Virus record (IMG/VR): IMGVR_UViG_3300028591_000070
Coordinates: 256,001 to 320,000 of that record
DNA from: a virus
Taxonomy: Duplodnaviria; Caudoviricetes
Direction: 5' to 3' (one strand)
Length of the DNA stretch: 64,000 nucleotides
Part shown: piece by piece, positions 49,504 to 57,996 of the stretch
How the letters are laid out: every line of letters starts with the position of its first letter
Numbering within the stretch: position 1 is the stretch's first letter
Notes under the pieces: generated by a model
Told to the model about the DNA's origin: nothing
Database searches by the model: none
Seen by the model: only the letters and a program-made list of their open reading frames with translations
Program-made: the position numbers and the translations under genes

Positions 49504-50069
49504 TTAAAACTCCTAGTTAAATTTTGTGTATTTATAAAATCTAAAATTTGATGAACACCATCATTATAGTCTTTAGGTGTAAAAGTCCAATCCCAATCAT
49601 CAGCATTAAACTTAGGATTTATCATGAATGACTGATAGGGCACACCATAATCATCAATAAATTTTAATACATAATCTAGACCTTTATGATTAGCCATGTC
49701 ATTAATATCCACCATTGTTTGACAAACCTTAGTAAAACCTAAAGTTTTTTCATAATAACCACAAATATCTCTTCTCACATGAGTTTCTTTTTGATAATAG
49801 CCTAAAACAACAAGCCACTCAACTTTAGACAGAATAATTTTTTTAACATCATCATCTTTAAGAAGAGGCAAACCTTTTTCATAATTGAAAATATTAACCA
49901 ACTCTTTTGTAGGTGTAATCGCAAATCCACCTAAATCGGCAGGTGTCAAATAGCATTCACAATTACTAAAATCTGAATGATAACCAACAAACATTTTATG
50001 AAGAAGCCAGAATTGAGCACTGTTAAACGCTTTTTCAAACTCTTCTGCAGATACTTTTCTTACTCCCAT
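49500..50069 (-). CDS. hypothetical protein
   Basis: GFAIT..ELVNIFN..YYEKTLGF; possibly GNAT-like. Confidence 0.65.
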   Translation of the reverse strand: MGVRKVSAEEFEKAFNSAQFWLLHKMFVGYHSDFSNCECYLTPADLGGFAITPTKELVNIFNYEKGLPLLKDDDVKKIILSKVEWLVVLGYYQKETHVRRDICGYYEKTLGFTKVCQTMVDINDMANHKGLDYVLKFIDDYGVPYQSFMINPKFNADDWDWTFTPKDYNDGVHQILDFINTQNLTRSFK

Positions 50070-50071
50070 TC

Positions 50072-51217
50072 TTAGTCCTCTATATTAGCTGAACTAGTAC
50101 AATGGATTTCATCTACTACATTACAAACAATATTTTCAGGTCCGACTTCATCACAATGTGTAAGTTCCAAAATTGTCTTAGTAATTTGTTTATCTTTAAT
50201 TATAGGATTTAAGTCATTCAAATCCTTTAGAATTCGCTGTGTAAGAAGCATTGAATTTAAAGCATTATACTTAAATTCACCTTGCCATTGATTATAATGA
50301 TTATTAAAATCTTCTTCAATATAAGAAGAAATCAACTTTCTTTTTACAGGACTAAAAGATTCATCATCGCCATGTCTTGTTTCATAAGTACGCGATACAT
50401 AATGGATAGTAAAAGACTCAATACAATCTTGTAAGAGAGATACAAAATTTCTATCTAAAGTTTTTAATCCTGTATAAGAAGGAGTCTTTTCAGAGTCATT
50501 GTTACCATTATCTCCAATAGCTAAACCCTGACCATTTTCAAAAATAACATTTTGATATAATTTAATAAATTCATAATTATTAACTGGTTTAGTTGTTCTA
50601 AACATAAACTCACAGTCGGAAATAAAATGGTCAATAAGTCCTTTTCTAAGAGCAAGATCAGTAAAAAATGGAGCATATTCTGGTAATAACTCATCTTTTG
50701 ATAAATTAGATTGATACCAGTTTGCAATATCATTAATATAGTTATATCGTTGTTTATAGTCATTTAGCATAAACTCATCAAATGACCACTTAAATCTTGA
50801 ATTAGAAAATCTTTGAATAGTTTTCCAAATACCCATACCACAAGTATTATGAATACCTCGATATAGGGCATTATTTTGATTTACGATAATATCAAATGGA
50901 GTAACCCATCTACAGTCTTTATGTCTAAAAATAGCAGGAGCGGTTTTCATCCAATTTAAGTTGTACTCCTGCATAAATTGCATTGGGTCCATAATAAACA
51001 TAGGACCAAAAAAACTTGCGCTTCCTAAACAAGAAGCGCTTCCAAAATGTTTATTATTATAAACTTTATCTTGATAAAAAACTGAATGTCCACGTTGAGC
51101 TCCACCATTATTTAATATAACTATTGTATTTGTAGGATCTTTAGCTGCAACTCTAGCTGTTATAGTACCTTTACCTTCGTCGCCATATCCAGCTCCGATT
51201 ACCATATGAACATTCAT
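50072..51217 (-). CDS. divergent adenylosuccinate synthetase (PurA)-like GTP-dependent ligase
   Basis: GAGYGDEGKG, GGAQRGHS, TCGMGI, FENGQG, TYETRHG, THCD; aspartate-binding TTGRxR loop replaced by NHYNQWQGEFKY. Confidence 0.85.
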   Translation of the reverse strand: MNVHMVIGAGYGDEGKGTITARVAAKDPTNTIVILNNGGAQRGHSVFYQDKVYNNKHFGSASCLGSASFFGPMFIMDPMQFMQEYNLNWMKTAPAIFRHKDCRWVTPFDIIVNQNNALYRGIHNTCGMGIWKTIQRFSNSRFKWSFDEFMLNDYKQRYNYINDIANWYQSNLSKDELLPEYAPFFTDLALRKGLIDHFISDCEFMFRTTKPVNNYEFIKLYQNVIFENGQGLAIGDNGNNDSEKTPSYTGLKTLDRNFVSLLQDCIESFTIHYVSRTYETRHGDDESFSPVKRKLISSYIEEDFNNHYNQWQGEFKYNALNSMLLTQRILKDLNDLNPIIKDKQITKTILELTHCDEVGPENIVCNVVDEIHCTSSANIED

Positions 51218-51228
51218 TATATTCTCCT

Positions 51229-51519
51229 TTACCAGGTGATTACATCATCTGATTTATGTTCAATTTTTAAAGATGAGTCATCATTTGTATGAAAGTCAAC
51301 CATACAAACTTTATCATTACCTTCAAGTTTAATAAAAGGTGTAGACTCTGCAGTCCATTGATCTTGCCAAATCTTTACATTTTTTACAGTAATATCATAA
51401 GATAAATCTGGATGCCTTTCTTTAAGATTTGGCCCATAAGTCGGATGATTTTTAGGATCAATATCCCAGTATAAAAAATCTTTTAATTCGGAAAGTTTGC
51501 CTTCAATAATAATTCTCAT
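51229..51519 (-). CDS. hypothetical protein ending VITW
   Basis: likely ATG 51519; C-terminus DDVITW. Confidence 0.7.
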   Translation of the reverse strand: MRIIIEGKLSELKDFLYWDIDPKNHPTYGPNLKERHPDLSYDITVKNVKIWQDQWTAESTPFIKLEGNDKVCMVDFHTNDDSSLKIEHKSDDVITW

Positions 51520-51527
51520 AGCTGCAC

Positions 51528-51872
51528 CTACCAAGTAATAACATTATCAAGAAGGCCTTCATTAGCAGTTCCTTCTAGATTATACATTTTTTCAAATGTT
51601 TGTTCAGGATAAACAGACCAGTCAGTGTTACTTCTTTTAATGATATAAGAGCCTTCACCTATATGAACTCTTCGTCTGTCTCCCTCTTCATTGATATAAG
51701 ATGCATTAAAATAATTCCATCCATGATAATCGTGTTCATAGTCTATAGAAGCCACTTGAGGTAAAAATTTACGTATTTCTGCGGCTATATTAAAACTATT
51801 TTCTTCATTTAACTGAGGAATGTGAATGCATTCACCCTCATCTGGAATGCGCTTACACTTATAAACTACCAT
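51528..51872 (-). CDS. phage hypothetical protein (paralog of 51866..52177) ending VITW
   Basis: GSYIIK..VYPEQTFEKMY; C-terminus DNVITW. Confidence 0.75.
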   Translation of the reverse strand: MVVYKCKRIPDEGECIHIPQLNEENSFNIAAEIRKFLPQVASIDYEHDYHGWNYFNASYINEEGDRRRVHIGEGSYIIKRSNTDWSVYPEQTFEKMYNLEGTANEGLLDNVITW

Positions 51873-52177
51873 GTTATTACCCCTGTTGAGTCATCCATAG
51901 GTTCGTATACTTTTTTAAAAGTCTCATCTTTTACAGGATAAATAGAACCATCAATGCCTTTAACAAGCCAACCATTTTTAGGACAAAACATTTCACTTCC
52001 ATCAGGTTTAGTTATGATAAAAACTTCATCTCCATCAATGTCATTATCCCATTCTACTTCTAGATCTTCCCAATTGTCAATAATCCAATCTGCAATTTCT
52101 TCTGCATTTTCATCGCTACCTGTAAACTGAACAGCTTCAACAATAATTGGCTTTTTACGGAATTTCTGCAAAGTCAT
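51866..52177 (-). CDS. common phage small protein (RKKP..VEAVQF family) ending VITW
   Basis: FRKKPIIVEAVQFTG..WLVKGIDG..YPVK..F...YE; C-terminus TGVITW. Confidence 0.8.
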   Translation of the reverse strand: MTLQKFRKKPIIVEAVQFTGSDENAEEIADWIIDNWEDLEVEWDNDIDGDEVFIITKPDGSEMFCPKNGWLVKGIDGSIYPVKDETFKKVYEPMDDSTGVITW

Positions 52178-52194
52178 TCTATTTTCTCCTATTT

Positions 52195-52220
52195 AATAGA
52201 GGAGCCGAAGCTCCTCTATT
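52195..52220 (-). terminator. cUUCGg-capped hairpin (leaky terminator or RNA stabiliser)
   Basis: AATAGAGGAGC-TTCG-GCTCCTCTATT on - strand, weak U-tract. Confidence 0.6.
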
Positions 52221-52224
52221 TATT

Positions 52225-53148
52225 TTACCAAGTTACAACACCAATAGTTGCATTATCTTCTGTAAGATGTTCTGTTTCTTCACCAGCATTCTCGATAGAA
52301 GATTCAATACAATCCATAATTGTCTTGTTCAAATTGTTAATTGTTGATACCTTGTATCTTTCACCAAGAAGCTGCTTAAATCCTTTCATATTTTTATCTT
52401 CATAAAAATCTTTATCAGGATTTTCGATATACTTCTTGTTGTTTGAATAACAAGTTTCATCATCATCTACAGAAATATGATAAATATCAAACTTCTTAGA
52501 AGCGGCTTTGTAAAGGTCTGGTGTCTTAAGAGAACCAAACTCTTCAGCGCCTTCAGGACGTCCAAAATATTCAACAATTCTGTTTTCCGGCAAATCAGGA
52601 TTTAATGGCTCATCACCCATCGTAATGATGATACCTTTTCGTCCCTGTTTGTCATAAGCATCAAGTTTTGTACGGTAGAGACCAAAGAACCAAGGAGCTG
52701 TATAGCTTTCCCAGTTATTTCCACCACCATGATGCTCCATCCAAATATCATCAAGCTGTTTTGCTACACGGACATCAGACTCAAACTGAGAAACCTGGAG
52801 TGGAGAGTAGTCACATTCAAAGTCACCAACTCCCATAACCATGATTTCAATATCCTTAAACTTCTTATAAAGTTTATCCATCATAGCGCCCAAAGCTGCA
52901 GCAGTTTCCTGACAAGCAGAACCCATAGAACCTGTAACATCCAAAGCGAGAATTACAGGTATTGTATTTGGGTGTTCAGCAGTGTTGATACATTCACGGA
53001 TTTTGTTCTTAGGATTCATAGTCTCCTTCATTGAAGAAGAAGTCCATGCCTGCCCTGAAGTAACACGCAATGTTGAAGCATCAACACTTTTTTTCATCGA
53101 CCTTGAATAAGTTACAAAGTCTGAACTTGAATATGCTCCTCCACCCAT
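52225..53148 (-). CDS. VWA (MIDAS) domain protein ending VVTW
   Basis: MGGG start, ALDVTGSMG, QVSQFESD, GGGN..ESY, ITMGDE; C-terminus IGVVTW. Confidence 0.88.
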   Translation of the reverse strand: MGGGAYSSSDFVTYSRSMKKSVDASTLRVTSGQAWTSSSMKETMNPKNKIRECINTAEHPNTIPVILALDVTGSMGSACQETAAALGAMMDKLYKKFKDIEIMVMGVGDFECDYSPLQVSQFESDVRVAKQLDDIWMEHHGGGNNWESYTAPWFFGLYRTKLDAYDKQGRKGIIITMGDEPLNPDLPENRIVEYFGRPEGAEEFGSLKTPDLYKAASKKFDIYHISVDDDETCYSNNKKYIENPDKDFYEDKNMKGFKQLLGERYKVSTINNLNKTIMDCIESSIENAGEETEHLTEDNATIGVVTW

Positions 53149-53151
53149 GTT

Positions 53152-54033
53152 TTACTCCTCATCGTCGTCAGCTTCTGCTTCAGCTTTTTCTTCTTCAGTT
53201 GCATCTTCTGCACCTGAGAAATCAAGCTCTGAGAACATACTTGCAAATGGATTTTCACCATCTTCACCACCGAAAATAGCAGCGAATGGATTTGCATCTG
53301 TCTTTCCACCAAACATTCCACCCATCATCTGCATCATAACCATCTGACCAAACATGTTTCCACCACCAAATGGACTGCAAGCATCTGCGACGTTTCCGCC
53401 ATTCATCATACCATTCATCATCTGGCTCATGAGCTGCATTTTAAACATCTGGCCAAACATGTTACCATTAGATGCCATACCTTTAAAGGGACACCAGATT
53501 TTAGCATAGAAGAATACTTTTCCCATAAGGATGTGACGTTCTGGAAGAACCTGCTTAAGTTCGTTGTCTTCATAGTCAAGAGCTGTAATAACTCCGTTAT
53601 CAACCTTGATTACAAAGCGTGGTACGCGGCGGTCACCTTTCTGCATAAGAATAATATCACCAACCTGAAGTGTATTTGTTGGAATAAGCCAGAACATGTT
53701 GAACATGTCAAAAGCGAAAGAACCAACATTTGTCAAGCGGTTTTTTTTAGCATCATAAGTTTTGTAACCACTTGGTGTCTTAATTGCAATTTTACCATTC
53801 ATACCGAGCTTGCACTTTCCTGCCTCGATAGGACCAAACATTCCCTTAAACATCTTACCCATGTCACCCATACCAAAATCGTTCATATCTTTATTCTCCT
53901 TGGGATTTTCTTCCCCATTATTATATTCAATTGAGTAGGAAGGTCTGCTGTACCTAGGTATCATAATCATTCCTTCCTCGCCATAATTCATTCTACTAAA
54001 ATCTGCAAACCTTGTCCAATTTGCTACACTCAT
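53152..54033 (-). CDS. Met/Gly-rich hypothetical protein (second, SD-supported in-frame start at 53886)
   Basis: FKGMFG..GKCKLGMNG.IA.K..YKTY; MMMQMMGG low-complexity C-terminal half; acidic tail. Confidence 0.75.
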   Translation of the reverse strand: MSVANWTRFADFSRMNYGEEGMIMIPRYSRPSYSIEYNNGEENPKENKDMNDFGMGDMGKMFKGMFGPIEAGKCKLGMNGKIAIKTPSGYKTYDAKKNRLTNVGSFAFDMFNMFWLIPTNTLQVGDIILMQKGDRRVPRFVIKVDNGVITALDYEDNELKQVLPERHILMGKVFFYAKIWCPFKGMASNGNMFGQMFKMQLMSQMMNGMMNGGNVADACSPFGGGNMFGQMVMMQMMGGMFGGKTDANPFAAIFGGEDGENPFASMFSELDFSGAEDATEEEKAEAEADDDEE

Positions 54034-54512
54034 AGTAATTTGGCCTTTTTCTTAAGATAAGCTCTTACTAGCATAAGAGTAAATCCAAGAAGGTTTTGTC
54101 CTTGCCACTTTGAAATATCCTGAACCCTTGGGTCATCTTCAGCCATATGAATAGCCCAAATGTTATCAGTAGGATTACATTCAACAAGAATATCATCACC
54201 TGTGTCAAGAAGTTGCTTTGCCAAATCTGGATTTTGTTCAAACTTAGCTTTAAGACCTTCATACACTACAATTTGACGAACACCATTCCAAACAGTGTCG
54301 TTATAATTGCGCACTTTTCTACCAAGACCTTTAATTTCGCTTGGAGAGGTTGAAGCCAGAATTTTCTGAGCAATTTCATCATCTCCAAAAGTCTTAGCTT
54401 TCTGATACATCATCCACTGTTCACTGTTGATAAACTTTACTCCATCAACAGTAAATTCGCTTTTGTACCAGTTACTTAAGAAACCTTTCAAAAAAGGATG
54501 GATTTTAGCCAT
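54030..54512 (-). CDS. NADAR (YbiA-like) family protein
   Basis: FLSNWY, SEQWMMYQKA, GRKV, KFEQN, LVE.NP.D.IW, GQNLLG. Confidence 0.95.
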   Translation of the reverse strand: MAKIHPFLKGFLSNWYKSEFTVDGVKFINSEQWMMYQKAKTFGDDEIAQKILASTSPSEIKGLGRKVRNYNDTVWNGVRQIVVYEGLKAKFEQNPDLAKQLLDTGDDILVECNPTDNIWAIHMAEDDPRVQDISKWQGQNLLGFTLMLVRAYLKKKAKLL

Positions 54513-54515
54513 ATA

Positions 54516-55325
54516 TTACAACTCCTTGAAATAATCTACCATTCCTGAGTCAGGATGTGGCATCTGAATAATTTCAATCTTAAACTTCATCTTGTTATAG
54601 AGTTTAACAATTCGATTAATTTCATCTACTGTAAAATCAACTTCATCCATTTCTCTACGAATAAAATGGTCCAATCTTTCATATGTGAAGTTTGGAATAT
54701 CCAACTGCTTAGAAAGATTCTGCTCATCTGTTGAGCCACACATTCCATCATCTGGAGCTTTCATAACCAAATCTTCTGGAGCACCCAAAGCCAAACCAAT
54801 CTGTCTTACTTCTGAAACAGTGTAGTCACAAATTGGACCATAACTTCCGGCGCTATCTCCATAGAATGTTGAATATCCAAGGACATCTTCGCTGCGGTTG
54901 CAAGTGTTCAAAACACGACCACCAAGAATTGCTGCAACTCCATAAAGAGTTGTCATTCGCAATCTCGCAGGAGTATTTGTAGAATACTGGCTTGGAATTT
55001 CATTGTTAAGAACTCCATTTGATACATCATCCATAAGGTTGACACAAATGGCTCCTGTAAGAGCTCTATAAGCATCACCAATATTTACAGTCAAATTCTT
55101 AATTCCAAGTAATTCACAAACTCTCTTTGAGTCGGCTATGTCCTTCTGTTCGCCATTAGGCATCATAACTCCAACAACATTTTCCTTACCATAAGCTTTT
55201 ACAGCAAGGTAAGCTACGACTGTTGAGTCTTTTCCACCTGAAATACCAATTACGGCCTTTCCAGATGGATTAGATGCTCTCAAGCCATTTACAATATTTT
55301 CAATAGCAAGATTAGCATCAAACAT
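54516..55325 (-). CDS. nadE: NH3-dependent NAD+ synthetase
   Basis: GISGGKDS, NTPARLRM, NRSE..GYST.YGD, KAP.DG..G.TDE. Confidence 0.93.
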   Translation of the reverse strand: MFDANLAIENIVNGLRASNPSGKAVIGISGGKDSTVVAYLAVKAYGKENVVGVMMPNGEQKDIADSKRVCELLGIKNLTVNIGDAYRALTGAICVNLMDDVSNGVLNNEIPSQYSTNTPARLRMTTLYGVAAILGGRVLNTCNRSEDVLGYSTFYGDSAGSYGPICDYTVSEVRQIGLALGAPEDLVMKAPDDGMCGSTDEQNLSKQLDIPNFTYERLDHFIRREMDEVDFTVDEINRIVKLYNKMKFKIEIIQMPHPDSGMVDYFKEL

Positions 55326-55327
55326 AA

Positions 55328-56800
55328 CTACTCAATCTCCTTAGCAAGGCGGGCACGAATATCCATCAAATTCTGGCGGTTGAAATAAACACCATTTACG
55401 AAAACAACCTGCATTTCATCTTTGTGAGCTGCAGCAAGTTTATCATATTCATGTTCAGTCAAACCATCTGTTGCAACATAGTCATTTCCAACTTTTTCAA
55501 CAAAAACCAAACCTTTGTGAGATTTCTTAAGTTTTGCTGTATCAGTTTTTGGATCTTTTACAACTTCAAGTTCGCGGCCGTCCATAAGCTGAATATATGT
55601 AGTTTTCTGTGCAAAACCGAAAGTATCACGAGTTGATACAATCATCTTGTCACCTTCAAAGAAAGCATGGAAACAGAAAGCACCTACACCAAAGAGACAG
55701 TTTGTTGCGGCAAACTTCATTTCTTCAAGCTTTTTCCAGATTTTTTCAACCTGTTTAAGAGTACATCCATCACCGAGGATCATTCCAACATGTGGATTTA
55801 ATACCTTGTAACCCTTCTTGTTTTCAGTACCACCAAATGTTTCCCAAAGAGACTGAACTGTCTGGATAACATTTTCATACTGGTCACCAGAGTCTGGACG
55901 AATAAGGATTTTACCTTCGTGAGCAAGAATTTCTTCTTTAATTTCAGGAAGAACATTCTTTACAATGTCCCAATAATCATAAGTATCGGCAACATAGCTG
56001 AAGTTTTTGTACTGCTTAAGAAGCTTGAGAATAAGCTCTTTTTCAGAAGTGCCAACAGCAACATTTGAACTTACTACAGAGTGTTCAATTGAAACTGCAC
56101 CAATTCCAAGGTGATTGTAAGAACAATCAGCATTGTAGAAATAATCAAGCCAAGAAATAGCAGGAACTGTTGAAGTCTTATTGAATGAAATCAACCAAGA
56201 AGCAGAAGTTTTACAAGCTTCTTCCATACAAGACATTCCGCGCATTCCAAAGTCTGAAGCAGCCATACGAGGGTCAGCACCATCTGTTGTTTTGTCATAC
56301 CACTTCTTTGCGATTTTGTAGTACATATAACCAGCAGTTGCGTCATTACAAGGCTTCCAAACTTCACCCTGCAACCAGCATTCTGTCCACTGAGCCAACC
56401 AAGCAAAATCAGGGTCTGTATTTTCTACAGAAGCGATAGGAACTCCCATATTTACAAGAGAACCTTCTGGAAGAGCTTTAATCTTAAGTGGAAGATAACC
56501 GAGACGATGCAGCTTTTCAATGTGGCTTGTTTCATAGTTTCCTGGGCCAAGCTGAAGATTCATCTTCTTTTCATAATCTGCGATTACTTCAGAAGTAGGC
56601 TTAGCAAACCAAGCATCTGCATTTTCTTTGAAATTTTTAATAAAGGCTTGAATACCGAAAACAACAACTTTCTGCTGTTTTTCGAACATAGATTTGCGGG
56701 GAACAAGATAACTAACGAGTTTAGTCATCCCTTTTGGATAAACGTCAACATGACAGTTTTTGTAGGTGTCAGCTACATCAGGCATCATAAAATGAAACAT
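55328..56800 (-). CDS. Nampt/Namat-family phosphoribosyl (or ADP-ribosyl) transferase, probably nicotinate-preferring
   Basis: DTYK..H, DFGMRG, SFNKTSTVPA, EHSV, DTYD, IRPDSGD, GDG, FGVG, RDT.GFA.K, KDPKTD..KKS.KG. Confidence 0.9.
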   Translation of the reverse strand: MFHFMMPDVADTYKNCHVDVYPKGMTKLVSYLVPRKSMFEKQQKVVVFGIQAFIKNFKENADAWFAKPTSEVIADYEKKMNLQLGPGNYETSHIEKLHRLGYLPLKIKALPEGSLVNMGVPIASVENTDPDFAWLAQWTECWLQGEVWKPCNDATAGYMYYKIAKKWYDKTTDGADPRMAASDFGMRGMSCMEEACKTSASWLISFNKTSTVPAISWLDYFYNADCSYNHLGIGAVSIEHSVVSSNVAVGTSEKELILKLLKQYKNFSYVADTYDYWDIVKNVLPEIKEEILAHEGKILIRPDSGDQYENVIQTVQSLWETFGGTENKKGYKVLNPHVGMILGDGCTLKQVEKIWKKLEEMKFAATNCLFGVGAFCFHAFFEGDKMIVSTRDTFGFAQKTTYIQLMDGRELEVVKDPKTDTAKLKKSHKGLVFVEKVGNDYVATDGLTEHEYDKLAAAHKDEMQVVFVNGVYFNRQNLMDIRARLAKEIE

Positions 56801-56807
56801 AATTTTT

Positions 56808-56902
56808 TATCTCCTATATAAGTCGAATATGTTTTTTGATAGTCACTAAGAACTGTGCCACCTAATTATGGTTATTCTTAGCAACATCTAAATTATATTA
56901 AC
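56808..56902 (-). promoter_or_regulatory. class II promoter plus structured 5' leader (candidate riboswitch-like motif), copy A
   Basis: GTTAATATAATT; stem GTTGCTAAGAAT/GTTCTTAGTGAC enclosing CCA-TAATTAGG-TGG; tail TTCGACTTATATAGGAGA. Confidence 0.6.
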
Positions 56903-57683
56903 AGACTTCTACGAAGTCGTTAGTACCACGGTAAATTGAATTTGTAGTAAATACTTTTGTAATTCCAGCTTCTTTAAGAGCATCAATATCAATTACATTT
57001 TCGCAGTGTGAAATGTAGAGATATACATCTTTTGCTCCAAGCTTTTTAAGCTCAATAGCTGAATATTTGAAAGTACCACCTTTTGAACAAATATCATCAA
57101 TGATGAGAATGTTCTTATCTTTGATAGCTTCTGGATTTCCCTTAATTTCAAGACCAAGGATTTTTCCGCTGCGCCAATCACGAGTTTTTTCACCAACTAC
57201 GATTTCATAATTTTCTTTAACTATATCCAAAGTAGAATAGCGTTTACAAGCACCAGCATCTGGGAACATAATTGTCTCAACATCAAGTGGAAGTTCTTTC
57301 AAGAAGTTTTCAATTGTCTGAAGTCCATTGTCCTGAATATTATCGATAAGAGCGCGAGAAACATCTGAGTGTGCATTATCAACAATAACAGCCTTAAAAT
57401 CCATTGCATTTAAAACTTTTGCAAAAGACTTAAGAGTAAATACTTCATCTGGATTTTTAACACGATCCATTCGTGCATTTGGAATATAAGGCATCTCCAA
57501 GAAAAGATTGCAGCCTTTATAAAAATCAGCAATACATTGAAGAGTGAAAAGTTCACTCATAGAGTCAAACAACCAAGTTACAGTTATCTGCTGATTATTT
57601 TTAATCTTAGGGTCAAGTCGAAAAAGTGGAGTTCCATCAGGAAAGTTTTCAACTTTAATTTTAATGTCATTTACTTTAATCAA
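56898..57683 (-). CDS. Prs-like pyrophosphokinase (candidate Adps, ADPR-PP synthetase)
   Basis: FPDG, MPYIPNARMDR, AHS, FPDAGA..RY, K.RD..SGKI, IIDDICSKGGTF; adjacent to Nampt-like gene. Confidence 0.92.
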   Translation of the reverse strand: MIKVNDIKIKVENFPDGTPLFRLDPKIKNNQQITVTWLFDSMSELFTLQCIADFYKGCNLFLEMPYIPNARMDRVKNPDEVFTLKSFAKVLNAMDFKAVIVDNAHSDVSRALIDNIQDNGLQTIENFLKELPLDVETIMFPDAGACKRYSTLDIVKENYEIVVGEKTRDWRSGKILGLEIKGNPEAIKDKNILIIDDICSKGGTFKYSAIELKKLGAKDVYLYISHCENVIDIDALKEAGITKVFTTNSIYRGTNDFVEVC

Positions 57684-57724
57684 AGGTTTTTCCTCATATC
57701 CGCCGGCAAAAGCCGGCTGGAATA

Positions 57725-57958
57725 TTAGCGACGCTTACGAGGAGTTCTTCCCCACATCTGCATCTGTTTTACAAAAAAATCATACAACTCGTTAAAGTCG
57801 TGATTACCTTCACTGGCAACAAGAGCGATATACTCTCGTGCGTCCGCTACATCTTCAGAGCACTTAGCTCGGCCGATGTAGTTTTTGATAATTCTTTTAG
57901 GATTATCAATAGCATCCTTCTTTGTGAAGGAGTCTACACCAAGGTTCTTTTTATCCAA
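57725..57958 (-). CDS. small hypothetical protein
   Basis: class I promoter (TTGTAA-17-TATAAT, 57979-58007) and GGAGG SD. Confidence 0.65.
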   Translation of the reverse strand: MDKKNLGVDSFTKKDAIDNPKRIIKNYIGRAKCSEDVADAREYIALVASEGNHDFNELYDFFVKQMQMWGRTPRKRR

Positions 57959-57996
57959 GACCTTTCCTCCATAAATAGATTATACCAAGAGTTGGA

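Noticed and set aside
50072-51217. PurZ / 2-aminoadenine (Z) genome pathway
   Set aside because: The P-loop is GDEGKG (Asp), not the Ser-type PurZ motif, and no DatZ/MazZ is recognisable nearby.
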